DNA from: an uncultured delta proteobacterium
GTDB lineage: Bacteria > Desulfobacterota > RBG-13-43-22
Assembly: GCA_963790475.1 (NCBI GenBank)
Contig: CAWBOS010000010.1
Span: 960,001 to 1,024,000, forward strand
DNA: 64,000 nt
Direction of reading: 5' to 3'
Each line of letters opens with the position of its first letter. The first letter of the stretch is position 1. A program made the translations under genes and the position numbers. Below the pieces are notes generated by a model, which worked only from the letters and a program-made list of their open reading frames with translations, was not told the origin of the DNA and searched no databases. Shown here piece after piece: positions 29,113 through 39,657 of this stretch.

Positions 29113-30943
29113 ATGGCCCGCTGGAACCCCAATAAGAAAGTCCTTGATCATGAGCATAGCCGCTTTTGGGACTATGAATTAAAAGATATCCCCGAACCCA
29201 ACCTGCAACGGGATATCTTTCCTTATGATGAGATCACCCGTATTGATTTTGATCACAAAATTATGCCTATTGACCCCAGCGAAGAATTCTGGATCACCGA
29301 CACCACCTTCAGGGACGGCCAGCAGGCCCGTCCCCCCTATACCCTGGACCAAATTCTGCATATCTTTGATTTTCTCCACCGCATGGGCGGCCCTTATGGG
29401 GTCATCCGCCAGACTGAATTCTTCCTCTACAGTGCAAGAGATAAAGAAGCGGTGCGTAAGTGTCAGGAAAAGGGTTATCCCTATCCGGAAATTACCGGCT
29501 GGATCCGGGCCCATCCCGAAGACCTGAAACTGGTGAAGGAGATGGGACTCCCGGAAACCGGAATACTCACCTCGGTTTCCGATTACCACATTTTTTACAA
29601 GTTGAATTTAACCAGGTCTCAGGCCTTTAATCAATACCTCTCCATTGTGCGGAGAGGCCCTGGATCTGGGTATTGTCCCCCGCTGCCATTTTGAAGACAT
29701 CACCAAGGCCGACATCTACGGCTTCTGTGTCCCTTTAGCCAAGGAACTGATGAAACTGAGGGAGTCTTCGGGGATCGACATCAAGATCCGCCTCTGTGAT
29801 ACCCTGGGGTACGGGGTCACTTACCCCGGCGCGGCACTGCCCCGCAGTGTGCCCAAGTTGGTCCGGGCCATGATCGATGATGCCGGAGTCCCGGGCCGTC
29901 TCCTGGAATGGCACGGCCATAATGACTTTCACAAAGGATTCATCAACGCCACCACCTCCTGGCTTTACGGCTGCGCTGCCGTAAACGGCGCCCTGCTTGG
30001 CTTCGGGGAACGGACCGGAAATACGCCGGTGGAGGGTCTGCTCATCGAATATATCAGCCTTATCGGTCAGGATAACGGAATCGACACCCAAGCCATTACC
30101 GAAATGGCTGAATATATCGAGAGGGAACTCCATTATGCCATTCCGGCTAATTTCCCCTTTGTCGGGGCGGACTTCAATGCCACCAGCGCCGGAATCCATG
30201 TCGACGGTCTGATCAAGAATGAAGAAATCTACAATATTTTTGACACCCAAAAAATTCTGGGCCGTCCGATCAGCATCATCATCACTGATAAATCAGGCCT
30301 GGCTGGTGTCGTCCACTGGTTGAATAAAAGGCTAAACCTTGTCGGCCCGCGTGCCGTGGATAAACAACACCCCGGGGTGATCAAAATCTACAAATGGGTC
30401 ATGAAACAGTACGAAGAAGGCCGGACCACTTCCATCTCCGCCCAGGAAATGGAACGGATCAGCCGAAAGAACCTGCCGGAGTATTTTGTCTCGGAATTCG
30501 ACGAACTGAAACAAAAGGCCTATCATCTGGCCTTTCATATTGTCGAAGAAATCCTCCAAAGGGAAGAGATATGCAGCATGAACCCGGTCCTTCAGGAACC
30601 GGTCATGGAGAACTTCATTGAACTCAATCCCTTTATTCAATTCATTTACATCACCAATATGGAAGGGAAAAAGATCACTAAAAACATCACCCGTATTGTA
30701 GACCGGTCCAAATACCAGGTCTTTAAATTGGATGAAGACTTCTCCGACCGATCCTGGTTTGCCCAGCCTATCAAAGACGGGAAGATTCATGTTACCGACT
30801 TTTACACCTCTAAAATCACTGGTGCCCTGTGCATCACCGTCTCCGGACCGATTCGAAATCAGGAAGATGAGATCCAGGGAGTTCTGGGTCTGGACATCAA
30901 ATTTGAGGATCTGGCCAAGATGGATCAGGACGGCGAATTGTAG
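29113..30943 (+). CDS. Re-citrate synthase-like DRE-TIM metallolyase with C-terminal Cache/PDC-like domain; +1 frameshift near 29653
   Basis: ITDTTFRDGQQ, RCHFEDIT, CDTLG, EWHGHNDF, GERTGN; C-term DFSDRSWF...FYTSKITGALCITVSGPI...GVLGLDI; ORFs 29113-29694 and 29645-30943 join on removing one base. Confidence 0.78.
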
Positions 30944-31056
30944 ATCATTTCCTCCCTGTACCTTTGGGCTTGACAAAATTTTTTATAATTATTAGATATT
31001 CTGTAACGTTTGAGCATTTACACCAAATAAATTCCTAGCGAAGAAGGAGGAGTATT

Positions 31057-31269
31057 GTGGCAGAGATTTTAGCACCTATGGCCGGCAAGGTTATCGAAAT
31101 TAAAGTGAATGTGGGCGATTCGGTTCACGAAGACGATGAAGTGGCTGTTATTGAGGCCATGAAAATGGAAATGCCGATCCTGTCTTATTCGGATGGAACG
31201 GTGAAAGAGATCAAAATAGCCAAAGGCGATTCTGTTGAGGCTGACCAGGTCTTGATGATTGTTGGGTAA
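31057..31269 (+). CDS. Biotin carboxyl carrier protein
   Basis: APMAGKV, EAMKM biotinylation motif; AGGAGG RBS. Confidence 0.92.
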   Translation: MAEILAPMAGKVIEIKVNVGDSVHEDDEVAVIEAMKMEMPILSYSDGTVKEIKIAKGDSVEADQVLMIVG

Positions 31270-31495
31270 GAATAGTTCCGGGGCTATAGGCCATAAGCCA
31301 AAGGGTATCGCAGAAAAGAAGTTTTCATTCTTTTATTTCCTATTACCGCTGCTTATCGTCTATAGCCTGTTTTCATTGAACCCTAATTGGGTCTGTATTT
31401 TTCAGGCCCCTTTGCTGGATTATAAAACATTCTATGTGATTTCGACGAATGCCGATCGATTAACGCCGAACGGTATTTCGTATTAAGGGCACCCC

Positions 31496-33049
31496 ATGAC
31501 CAACGAAGACCGGATAAAGGAATTAATGGCCCTGAACGCCCAGGCTGAATTGGGCGGCGGCCAGGATAAGATCGACAGTCAGCATAAGAAAGGCAAACTG
31601 ACCGCCAGGGAACGAATCGATTATCTTTTAGATCAAGGCACCTTTGAGGAACTGGATAAATTTGTGGTCCATCGCTGTTATGATTTCGGCATGGAAAAAC
31701 AAAAGATTTTCGGCGATGGCGTAGTAACCGGGTATGGTCAGATCAACGGACGTCTGGTCTACGTCTTTTCCCAGGATTTTACCGTCTTCGGCGGAAGCCT
31801 TAGCGGTCCTTTTGGGGAAAAAATTTGCAAGATAATGGATATGGCCTTACAAAACGGAGCACCCGTCATCGGGCTGAATGATTCCGGAGGAGCACGGATC
31901 CAGGAAGGGGTAAACAGCCTGGGGGCCTATGGTGAAATCTTCAAGCGAAACGTTAGAAGCTCCGGCGTTATCCCTCAAATTTCGGCCATCATGGGGCCAT
32001 GCGCCGGCGGCGCGGTCTATTCCCCGGCCATTACCGACTTCATCATTATGGTTGAAAAGACCAGCCACATGTTCATCACCGGCCCTCAGGTTATTAAGAA
32101 CACTACCCATGAAGAGGTCGAACCAGAGACCCTGGGAGGTGCGATCCGGCACAACACGACCAGCGGCGTGGCCCATTTTTCGGCCAAAGATGACCGAAAG
32201 GCCCTGGATCTGATCAAGGAAATTTTATCCTTCCTTCCCCAAAATTGCAACGAGGCCCCTCCTCAGATTAAATGCACGGACGATCCCAATCGGATCGATA
32301 TGAATCTGAGGTCTGTCATTCCGGATAATCCCCGCATCCCTTATGACATGAAAAAGATCATCCTGTCCGTGGTTGATGATCATCATTTTTTCGAGGTCCA
32401 AAAATTATACGCCCCCAATATGGTCATCGGCCTGGCCCGGATGAACGGCATGCCGGTTGGAATTGTGGCCAACCAGCCTCGGGCACTGGCCGGATGTCTG
32501 GACATCAACGCCTCGGATAAATGCGCCCGGTTTGTGCGTTTCTGCGATTGTTTTAATCTTCCGCTGCTTACTTTTGTCGATGTCCCCGGTTTTTTGCCTG
32601 GAGTGGCCCAGGAATACGGCGGGATCATTCGTCACGGAGCCAAGGTCATTTATGCTTACTGCGATGCCTCGGTGCCCAAGGTAACGCTCATCACCCGTAA
32701 GGCCTATGGCGGGGCTTATGATGTTATGGGCAGCAAACACCACGGTGGAGACATCAATTTTGCCTATCCCTCAGCCGAGATCGCTGTCATGGGTCCGGAG
32801 GGGGCGGTGCCCATTGTTTTTCGCAATCAACTGAACAGCTCCTCCGATCCCGAAAAAACCCGTCAGGAATTGATTGAGGAATATCGACAGACCTTTGCCA
32901 GCCCCTATAAAGCGGCCGAACTGGGCTATATCGATGAAATCATTCTTCCGGAAAACACCCGGCCTAAACTGATCCGGGCCCTGGAATCCTTGAAAACCAA
33001 GGTGGATGTGCATCGGCTTCCGCGCCGGCACGGGAATATACCCTTATAA
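31496..33049 (+). CDS. Acyl-CoA carboxyltransferase (propionyl-CoA carboxylase beta / methylmalonyl-CoA decarboxylase alpha)
   Basis: [52 protein letters not shown]. Confidence 0.93.
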   Translation: MTNEDRIKELMALNAQAELGGGQDKIDSQHKKGKLTARERIDYLLDQGTFEELDKFVVHRCYDFGMEKQKIFGDGVVTGYGQINGRLVYVFSQDFTVFGGSLSGPFGEKICKIMDMALQNGAPVIGLNDSGGARIQEGVNSLGAYGEIFKRNVRSSGVIPQISAIMGPCAGGAVYSPAITDFIIMVEKTSHMFITGPQVIKNTTHEEVEPETLGGAIRHNTTSGVAHFSAKDDRKALDLIKEILSFLPQNCNEAPPQIKCTDDPNRIDMNLRSVIPDNPRIPYDMKKIILSVVDDHHFFEVQKLYAPNMVIGLARMNGMPVGIVANQPRALAGCLDINASDKCARFVRFCDCFNLPLLTFVDVPGFLPGVAQEYGGIIRHGAKVIYAYCDASVPKVTLITRKAYGGAYDVMGSKHHGGDINFAYPSAEIAVMGPEGAVPIVFRNQLNSSSDPEKTRQELIEEYRQTFASPYKAAELGYIDEIILPENTRPKLIRALESLKTKVDVHRLPRRHGNIPL

Positions 33050-33179
33050 AAAGTGGCGAGTATCATGTGGCCGGTGACAAGTTAAAAAATTTTAAGTCCT
33101 AGACTCGACCGCTATCCCGCAACCAGAAATGAGCAACAAGCAACTAATGACGAACAACTCATAACGATGGAGTTTTTCT

Positions 33180-34856
33180 ATGTTTGATCCGGAAAAAATA
33201 GCCGACCTGAAAAAGCGTCAATCCGCCTGGCAGGAAAAAATTGAATCCAAACTTTCCAAGGCGCCGGAAAGGCGAAAGGCCTTCACTACTATTTCGGAAA
33301 TTCCCCTTCAGCGGACCTATACGCCGGCTGATATTGAGGATTTGGATTATGAAAAGGACCTTGCCTTCCCCGGCGAGTATCCTTTTACCCGCGGTGTCCA
33401 GCCCACTATGTACCGGGGACGTTTCTGGACCATGCGCCAATACGCCGGTTTTGCCGACGCCGAAGAATCCAATCGACGCTATAAATACCTGTTGAACCAG
33501 GGGCAGACCGGCCTTTCGGTGGCCTTTGATCTGCCTACTCAGATCGGATATGACTCCGATCACCCGCTGTCCCAGGGGGAAGTGGGAAAAGTCGGAGTGG
33601 CTATTGATTCCCTGAAGGACATGGAAACCTTATTTGACGGCATTCCCTTGGATAAAGTCAGCACCTCCATGACCATTAACGCTCCTGCTGCCGTCCTGCT
33701 GGCCATGTACATCGGCGTGGCCGAGAAACAAGGGGTTTCCTCCCAAGATCTGAACGGAACGATACAAAACGACATCCTGAAGGAATACACTTCGCGGGGT
33801 ACTTATATTTTCCCGCCCCAGCCTTCTCTGCGCATCATCACCAATATTTTCGAATATTGTTCCCAAGAAGTTCCCCGATGGAACTCCATCAGCATCAGCG
33901 GTTATCATATTCGGGAAGCCGGTTCGACGGCCGTTCAGGAAGTGGCCTTCACCCTGGCCAATGGTTTGGCCTATGTGGAAGCAGCCCAAAAGGCCGGGTT
34001 GCCTGTGGATGTCATTGGTCCTCGCTTGTCCTTTTTCTTTAACGCCCATCTGGATTTCTTGGAAGAGATCGCCAAATACCGGGCGGCCCGCCGTCTCTGG
34101 GCGCGCTTGATGAAAGAACGGTTCGGTTCCAAGGATCCCCGGACCATGACTTTACGTTTTCATACCCAGACCGCCGGCTGTTCCCTGACCGCCCAGCAGC
34201 CTAAAAACAATATTGTTCGAGTCGCTTTTCAGGCCCTGTCCGCTGTTCTGGGGGGGACCCAGTCCCTGCACACCAATTCTATGGATGAGGCCCTGGCCCT
34301 GCCTTCCGAAGAAGCGGTCCAGGTCGCTTTACGTACCCAGCAATTGATCGCTTACGAGACCGGCGTCACCGATACCATCGATCCCCTGGCCGGTTCCTAT
34401 TATATCGAACACCTGACCACGACTATTGAAGAAGAGGCCATGAACTATCTCCGGAAGATCGACGAGTTGGGGGGCGCGGCGGCGGCCATCGAAAAAGGAT
34501 TCATCCAAAGGGAAATCCAGGAAAGTGCCTTTCGCTATCAGAAAGCCGTGGAAACAGGCGACCGGGTGGTCGTTGGGATCAACAAGTTCCAGACCAAGGA
34601 ACCGCCTCCCTCAGGACTGTTAAGGGTCGATCCGGTGGTACAAAGCCAGCAGATCCAGAAAATTATTCAACTCAAGCAGGTCCGGGACAACTCCAAGGTG
34701 ATTTCCTGTTTGGCGAGACTCAAAAAAACCGCTGAAGGTTCGGATAATCTGATGCCCCCGATCCTCGAAGCGGTTCGGGCCTATGCTACCCTGGGAGAAA
34801 TCTGTGACACCCTGCGCTCGGTTTTCGGGGAATATACAGCCGTCTCTACCTTATAG
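33180..34856 (+). CDS. Methylmalonyl-CoA mutase, large (substrate-binding) subunit
   Basis: [18 protein letters not shown] (Tyr specificity residue), [21 protein letters not shown]. Confidence 0.92.
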   Translation: MFDPEKIADLKKRQSAWQEKIESKLSKAPERRKAFTTISEIPLQRTYTPADIEDLDYEKDLAFPGEYPFTRGVQPTMYRGRFWTMRQYAGFADAEESNRRYKYLLNQGQTGLSVAFDLPTQIGYDSDHPLSQGEVGKVGVAIDSLKDMETLFDGIPLDKVSTSMTINAPAAVLLAMYIGVAEKQGVSSQDLNGTIQNDILKEYTSRGTYIFPPQPSLRIITNIFEYCSQEVPRWNSISISGYHIREAGSTAVQEVAFTLANGLAYVEAAQKAGLPVDVIGPRLSFFFNAHLDFLEEIAKYRAARRLWARLMKERFGSKDPRTMTLRFHTQTAGCSLTAQQPKNNIVRVAFQALSAVLGGTQSLHTNSMDEALALPSEEAVQVALRTQQLIAYETGVTDTIDPLAGSYYIEHLTTTIEEEAMNYLRKIDELGGAAAAIEKGFIQREIQESAFRYQKAVETGDRVVVGINKFQTKEPPPSGLLRVDPVVQSQQIQKIIQLKQVRDNSKVISCLARLKKTAEGSDNLMPPILEAVRAYATLGEICDTLRSVFGEYTAVSTL

Positions 34857-34869
34857 GAGGTTCTAAACC

Positions 34870-35277
34870 ATGGGCACTGAAAGAAAAATACGTGTTCTGG
34901 CTGCCAAGCCGGGACTGGACGGCCATGATCGGGGGATCAAGATCATCTGCCACGCTCTGCGGGATGCCGGTATGGAGGTCATTTATACCGGCCTGCGTCA
35001 AACTCCGGAACAGATCGCGGCCACGGCCGTTCAAGAGGACGTGGATGTTATTGCCTTGAGCGTCCTCTCCGGGGCCCATAATTATCTTTTTCCCAGGGTC
35101 ATGGAACTGGTCAAGGGAAAAGGCATGAAAGATGTCCTGGTAGTCGGGGGCGGCATCATTCCTGAAGAAGACATTCCGGCCCTGAAGACTTCCGGCATCA
35201 GTGAAATCTTCGGCCCGGGGACTTATACATCCGATATCGTTAAATACATCCAGGAAAATGTCGGAAAAAATGTTTGA
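34870..35277 (+). CDS. Methylmalonyl-CoA mutase cobalamin-binding subunit
   Basis: [10 protein letters not shown] (DxHxxG), SVLSGAH, GGGIIP. Confidence 0.93.
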   Translation: MGTERKIRVLAAKPGLDGHDRGIKIICHALRDAGMEVIYTGLRQTPEQIAATAVQEDVDVIALSVLSGAHNYLFPRVMELVKGKGMKDVLVVGGGIIPEEDIPALKTSGISEIFGPGTYTSDIVKYIQENVGKNV

Positions 35278-35399
35278 CCCCTTTCTAATTTTAGAACCCT
35301 CTTATTTCTCGATGCCAGCCTGATAAGGACACCACGAAACCTGGATATCAGCTTCGGCGAACGTCTAACAATCAACGCTAAGAATTATAAAGGAATTCC

Positions 35400-37658
35400 A
35401 TGAACGAAAAACATATCTTGAAGATTGCTGTCGAACTGAACCTTTCGCCCCAACAAGTCCAGGCTACGGCCGGACTCTTAAATGAAGAGGCCACGATCCC
35501 TTTTATCGCCCGCTATCGGAAGGAAGTCACCGGTTCCCTGGATGAGGTGGCGATCACCTCTATTCGGGATCGACTGATCCAGCTTTCTGAATTAGACAAG
35601 CGCCGTGAGGCCATACTAAAATCTTTGGAGGAACGCAATCAACTCACCGAGGATTTAAAACAGAAAATTATGGATGTCGAAGCCATGGTCGATCTGGAAG
35701 ATATTTATCTCCCCTATCGGCCCAAACGGCGGACACGGGCCACCATGGCCAAAGAAAAAGGACTGGAACCTTTGGCCCAAAAACTTTTCGATCAAGGCGA
35801 GATAGAACCCCTGGTCGAAGCCACGGCCTTTGTCGATCCTGAAAAAGGGGTGGAAAGCGCAGAAGATGCCCTGGCCGGGGCACGTGATATCATTGCTGAG
35901 TGGGTTAATGAAGATCAGACGGCCCGAGCCCGGATGCGCTCTTATTATGCTTCAAAGGCGGTTCTTAAATCCAGGGTGATATCGGAAAAAGAAGAACAAG
36001 GCATTAAATACAGGGATTACTATGAATGGGAAGAACCGGCGGCGAAAGCGCCCTCTCACCGTATACTGGCCATACGCCGGGGAGAGAAAGAGGATTTCCT
36101 CACCCTGAGGGTGGTTCCTCCGGAAGAGGAAGCCTTGGAAATTCTCGACCGCCTTTTTGTCAAAGGAGAAAGCGCGGCAGCCGAGCAGGTCCGAATGGCA
36201 GTCCATGACAGCTACAAAAGGCTCCTTTCTCTCTCCATGGAGACCGAGATCCGGCTTGATATCAAAAAACGGGCCGATGAGGAGGCCATTCGGGTCTTTG
36301 CCGAGAATCTCCGCCAACTGCTGTTATCCCCTCCGCTAGGCCAAAAAAATGTCCTGGCCATTGATCCCGGGTTCCGAACCGGATGTAAGGTGGTCTGTTT
36401 GGACCGGCAAGGCAAACTGGACCATCATGAAACCATTTTTCTTTTATCCGAGAAAGGCGTGGCCGACGCCGGGGCCAGGATCCTCGGACTGTGCGAACGT
36501 TTTCATATTGAAGCCATCGCTATCGGAAACGGCACGGCCGGCCGGGAAACCGAATCCTTCATCCGGGGCCTCAATCTCCCTTCAGGCATTCAAGTGGTTA
36601 TGGTCAATGAAAGCGGGGCCTCGATTTATTCGGCCTCTGAAGCCGCCAGAGAGGAATTTCCGGATCAGGATGTGACCGTGCGGGGTTCAGTCTCCATCGG
36701 CCGCAGACTGATGGACCCCCTGGCCGAACTGGTCAAGATCGATCCCAAGTCCATCGGGGTTGGCCAATATCAGCATGATGTGGACCAGACTGCCTTGAAA
36801 AACAGCCTTGATGATGTGGTGGTTCATTGTGTCAACCGGGTGGGAGTGGAAGTCAATACAGCCAGTAAACAGCTTCTGACCTATGTCTCCGGACTGGGGC
36901 CCGGGCTGGCCAAAGGAATTCTCGAGTTCCGTAATCAACACGGCCCCTTTCAATCCCGGGAAGATTTGAAAAAGGTCCCCCGACTGGGTCCCAAGGCCTT
37001 TGAACAGGCCGCCGGCTTTTTACGCATCCGGGAAGGGGAAAATCCTTTGGACGGCAGTGCTGTCCATCCGGAAAGTTATCCGATCGTTGATGCCATGGCC
37101 TCGGATCTGGGATGTTCGGTGGTTGATTTAATGGACGACGAAAATCTTCGTAAAAAAATCGACATTAACCGTTATGTCTCCGAACAGGTGGGATTGCCCA
37201 CGCTTCAGGACATCCTGGCGGAACTGGCCAAACCCGGCCGCGATCCGCGGGAGGAGTTCGAAATCGTCCGCTTTGCCGAAGGCGTGGAAAAGATCGAAGA
37301 TGTCAAGCCCGGAATGAAGCTTCCCGGCATCGTCACCAATATCACCGCCTTTGGCGTCTTTGTGGACATCGGCGTCCATCAGGACGGGTTGGTCCATATC
37401 AGCGAACTGGCCGACCGTTTCGTAAAGGACCCTGCAGAAGTGGTGAAGGTACACCAGAAAGTCAATGTAAGGGTCCTGGATGTGGACCTCCCCAGAAAAC
37501 GGATTTCTCTCTCCATGAAGGCCAACCAGCCCACGTCCGAACGTGCATCCAATGACAAAAAGAGGTCAATGGACGGAAGAAAACCGGGGAAAAAGGAGAA
37601 GCCCAAAAGCACCTTCTCCAATAACCCCTTCGCCGCCGCTTTTGGGAAAAGGGAGTAA
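35400..37658 (+). CDS. tex: Tex family transcription accessory protein
   Basis: TIPFIARYRKE, DPGFRTGCK, ESGASIYSAS, GVGQYQHDV, C-terminal S1 domain. Confidence 0.96.
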   Translation: MNEKHILKIAVELNLSPQQVQATAGLLNEEATIPFIARYRKEVTGSLDEVAITSIRDRLIQLSELDKRREAILKSLEERNQLTEDLKQKIMDVEAMVDLEDIYLPYRPKRRTRATMAKEKGLEPLAQKLFDQGEIEPLVEATAFVDPEKGVESAEDALAGARDIIAEWVNEDQTARARMRSYYASKAVLKSRVISEKEEQGIKYRDYYEWEEPAAKAPSHRILAIRRGEKEDFLTLRVVPPEEEALEILDRLFVKGESAAAEQVRMAVHDSYKRLLSLSMETEIRLDIKKRADEEAIRVFAENLRQLLLSPPLGQKNVLAIDPGFRTGCKVVCLDRQGKLDHHETIFLLSEKGVADAGARILGLCERFHIEAIAIGNGTAGRETESFIRGLNLPSGIQVVMVNESGASIYSASEAAREEFPDQDVTVRGSVSIGRRLMDPLAELVKIDPKSIGVGQYQHDVDQTALKNSLDDVVVHCVNRVGVEVNTASKQLLTYVSGLGPGLAKGILEFRNQHGPFQSREDLKKVPRLGPKAFEQAAGFLRIREGENPLDGSAVHPESYPIVDAMASDLGCSVVDLMDDENLRKKIDINRYVSEQVGLPTLQDILAELAKPGRDPREEFEIVRFAEGVEKIEDVKPGMKLPGIVTNITAFGVFVDIGVHQDGLVHISELADRFVKDPAEVVKVHQKVNVRVLDVDLPRKRISLSMKANQPTSERASNDKKRSMDGRKPGKKEKPKSTFSNNPFAAAFGKRE

Positions 37659-37985
37659 AGAATTCTTTGGCATCGGCAAATTCATTCCTTAGGGAAAGAT
37701 ACCGTCCGGCTTAATCCCTGGAGATGAAGAATGTAATGTAAACCTGGTCTAAACTTCCCCAAGAATTTGAAATCTTTTCCGGGTGGAATGAAAAATTTTC
37801 CCGGTCGGGAGAGCGTCATTTTGTTATTAAAATATTTTTGGGGGTTGGTAAGCAATTCCAGGGCAAATGAAAATATTGACTATGAGACCAGTCAAATAAT
37901 ATCCTATTATAATTACTATATTTTACTTGATCTCTCTTCGGCCTGAGGCGGATTTGCAGAAATGGACCCTTTCTTCTTTCCTTTC

Positions 37986-38001
37986 TGGCATATTTCTTGG
38001 A
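37986..38001 (+). promoter_or_regulatory. Possible sigma54 promoter for pilus operon (variant -12)
   Basis: TGGCATATTTCTTGGA: correct -24/-12 spacing but GG instead of GC at -12. Confidence 0.35.
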
Positions 38002-38284
38002 TTAATGATGCCCATCAGATAGTTATTACCCCTTCTCTAAAGTTTTTTTCCCATCTGCCGATAAATAAGTAACCATCAGGATACATTTTTGCTCTATGGA
38101 TACTTATGCAGATGGAAATCCTTCATTCTTAATTTAATTAACCATAGAAGGAAAAAACAAGGAGGAGGTGATCCAAAAATTTTAAGTAAGCCAATTTTGT
38201 TTAAGCTGTTTCAAGACTTGGGACCTGAATTTAACCTTTTACCGATTTAAACCATTTCAAAAAAACTCTTAGGAGGACCTAAAA

Positions 38285-38761
38285 ATGAAAAAAAGAGTAA
38301 TCCTTTTAGCGGTTTTAGCCGCTATCGGCATTCTGGCCCTGAGCAGTGTCTCCATGGCCGCAACCAAGACCAACAACCTTAACGTAACGGCCTCCGTGGC
38401 TGCAAACTGTAACATCCAAAGCGTCGTCGACGTTGCCTTCGGTGCTTATGATTCAACAAGTGCTACTGATCTGGATGCTGCCGGTTCTATGACTTTTCGA
38501 TGTACAAAAAATACAGCCTATAAAACCTATCTCGTCGGCGTCAGGCAGATGGTCGGGGCTGTTAATGCGGATAACCTTAACTTCGAACTTTATTCCGATA
38601 ACGGACGCACGACGGTCTACCCCAGCGACAACTCAGGCGGCAGCACTCCAGCCCCGAGTAACGCCGCTATAACCTCAGATATCTACGGCCGGGTCACAGC
38701 TCTTCAGGATGTCAGTGTGGATACTTATTCAAGGGTCTTGACGGCCACCGTAGAATATTAA
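38285..38761 (+). CDS. Csu/spore-coat-U (SCPU) family major pilin
   Basis: Signal peptide, VTASVAANC, FGAYD, second Cys, LNFELY, IYGRV, terminal Tyr; AGGAGG RBS. Confidence 0.85.
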   Translation: MKKRVILLAVLAAIGILALSSVSMAATKTNNLNVTASVAANCNIQSVVDVAFGAYDSTSATDLDAAGSMTFRCTKNTAYKTYLVGVRQMVGAVNADNLNFELYSDNGRTTVYPSDNSGGSTPAPSNAAITSDIYGRVTALQDVSVDTYSRVLTATVEY

Positions 38762-38794
38762 AATGGGCCAATGACAGTTATTCAATTTCAAATG

Positions 38795-38829
38795 AAAAAG
38801 GGTGAGTGAAAAGACTCACCCTTTTTTTT
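38795..38829 (+). terminator. Hairpin/terminator after major pilin gene
   Basis: AAAAAGGGTGAGT-GAAAAG-ACTCACCC-T8. Confidence 0.8.
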
Positions 38830-38857
38830 CTTTAATTTCAAGAAAAAGGAAGCGACT

Positions 38858-39649
38858 ATGAAACCAATTAAAAACAGTCGGAAACAGATCAAGTTTTGGG
38901 AAATAATTATCTTGGGGTTTTTAATGACCTTGTTCCTGGCCAATAACACGGCAGCGGCCAACTTCGATATAAAACCCATCAAAATTTACCTGGATCCCCA
39001 AAACAAAATAGAAAAACTTACACTGAATAATTCCAGCGAGGAAGATTTGACCGTACAGATCAGGGGTTATCAGTGGACGCAAAATGACAAAGGTCAGGAT
39101 GTCTATCAGGAGACCAGGGATTTGATCATTTTCCCCAAGATTGTCACCCTCAAAACAGAGGAAGAGAAGATTATCCGGATCGGCACCAACCTGAATTCCG
39201 GTTCAACGGAAAAAACCTATCGTATATTTGTGGAAGAGATACCCTCCCATGAAAAAACCCAAGACAAAGGCTCCACCGTTCATATGTTTATGAAGATCGG
39301 GGTTCCCTTATTCATAAGCCCGCTTAAAAAGGAAGAAAAAGGGGCTATCGAAGCCGCCAACCTGAAGAAAGGGAAAGCCGCGATCAAGGTGCAAAACAAA
39401 GGCAATCTTCATTTAATGGTAACCACCATCCAACTCAAAGGGGAAAATACCGACGGGAAAGAAATCTTTTCCGCGTCCATTGGCGGATGGTACATCTTAA
39501 GCGGCTTATCCAAGGATTATGAGGTCGCTATCCCCCAGGATGTATGCAAAAACATAACAAAACTTAATATTGAAGTAAAAACGAATAACAATATCATCTT
39601 TAAAGAACAGATCCCGGTGGAAAAACCCATGTGCGGACAGTCCATTTAG
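38858..39649 (+). CDS. Periplasmic pilus chaperone (CsuC/PapD-like)
   Basis: Signal peptide, IIFPKI, KIIRIG, EKTYRIFVEEIP, NKGNLH, YILSG. Confidence 0.88.
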   Translation: MKPIKNSRKQIKFWEIIILGFLMTLFLANNTAAANFDIKPIKIYLDPQNKIEKLTLNNSSEEDLTVQIRGYQWTQNDKGQDVYQETRDLIIFPKIVTLKTEEEKIIRIGTNLNSGSTEKTYRIFVEEIPSHEKTQDKGSTVHMFMKIGVPLFISPLKKEEKGAIEAANLKKGKAAIKVQNKGNLHLMVTTIQLKGENTDGKEIFSASIGGWYILSGLSKDYEVAIPQDVCKNITKLNIEVKTNNNIIFKEQIPVEKPMCGQSI

Positions 39650-39657
39650 AATAGCAC

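Noticed and set aside
37660-38284. c-di-GMP/GEMM riboswitch upstream of the pilus operon
   Set aside because: GGCAAA occurs, but I could not find the GNRA-loop/receptor stems or the GCAAAGC motif; an Infernal scan would settle it
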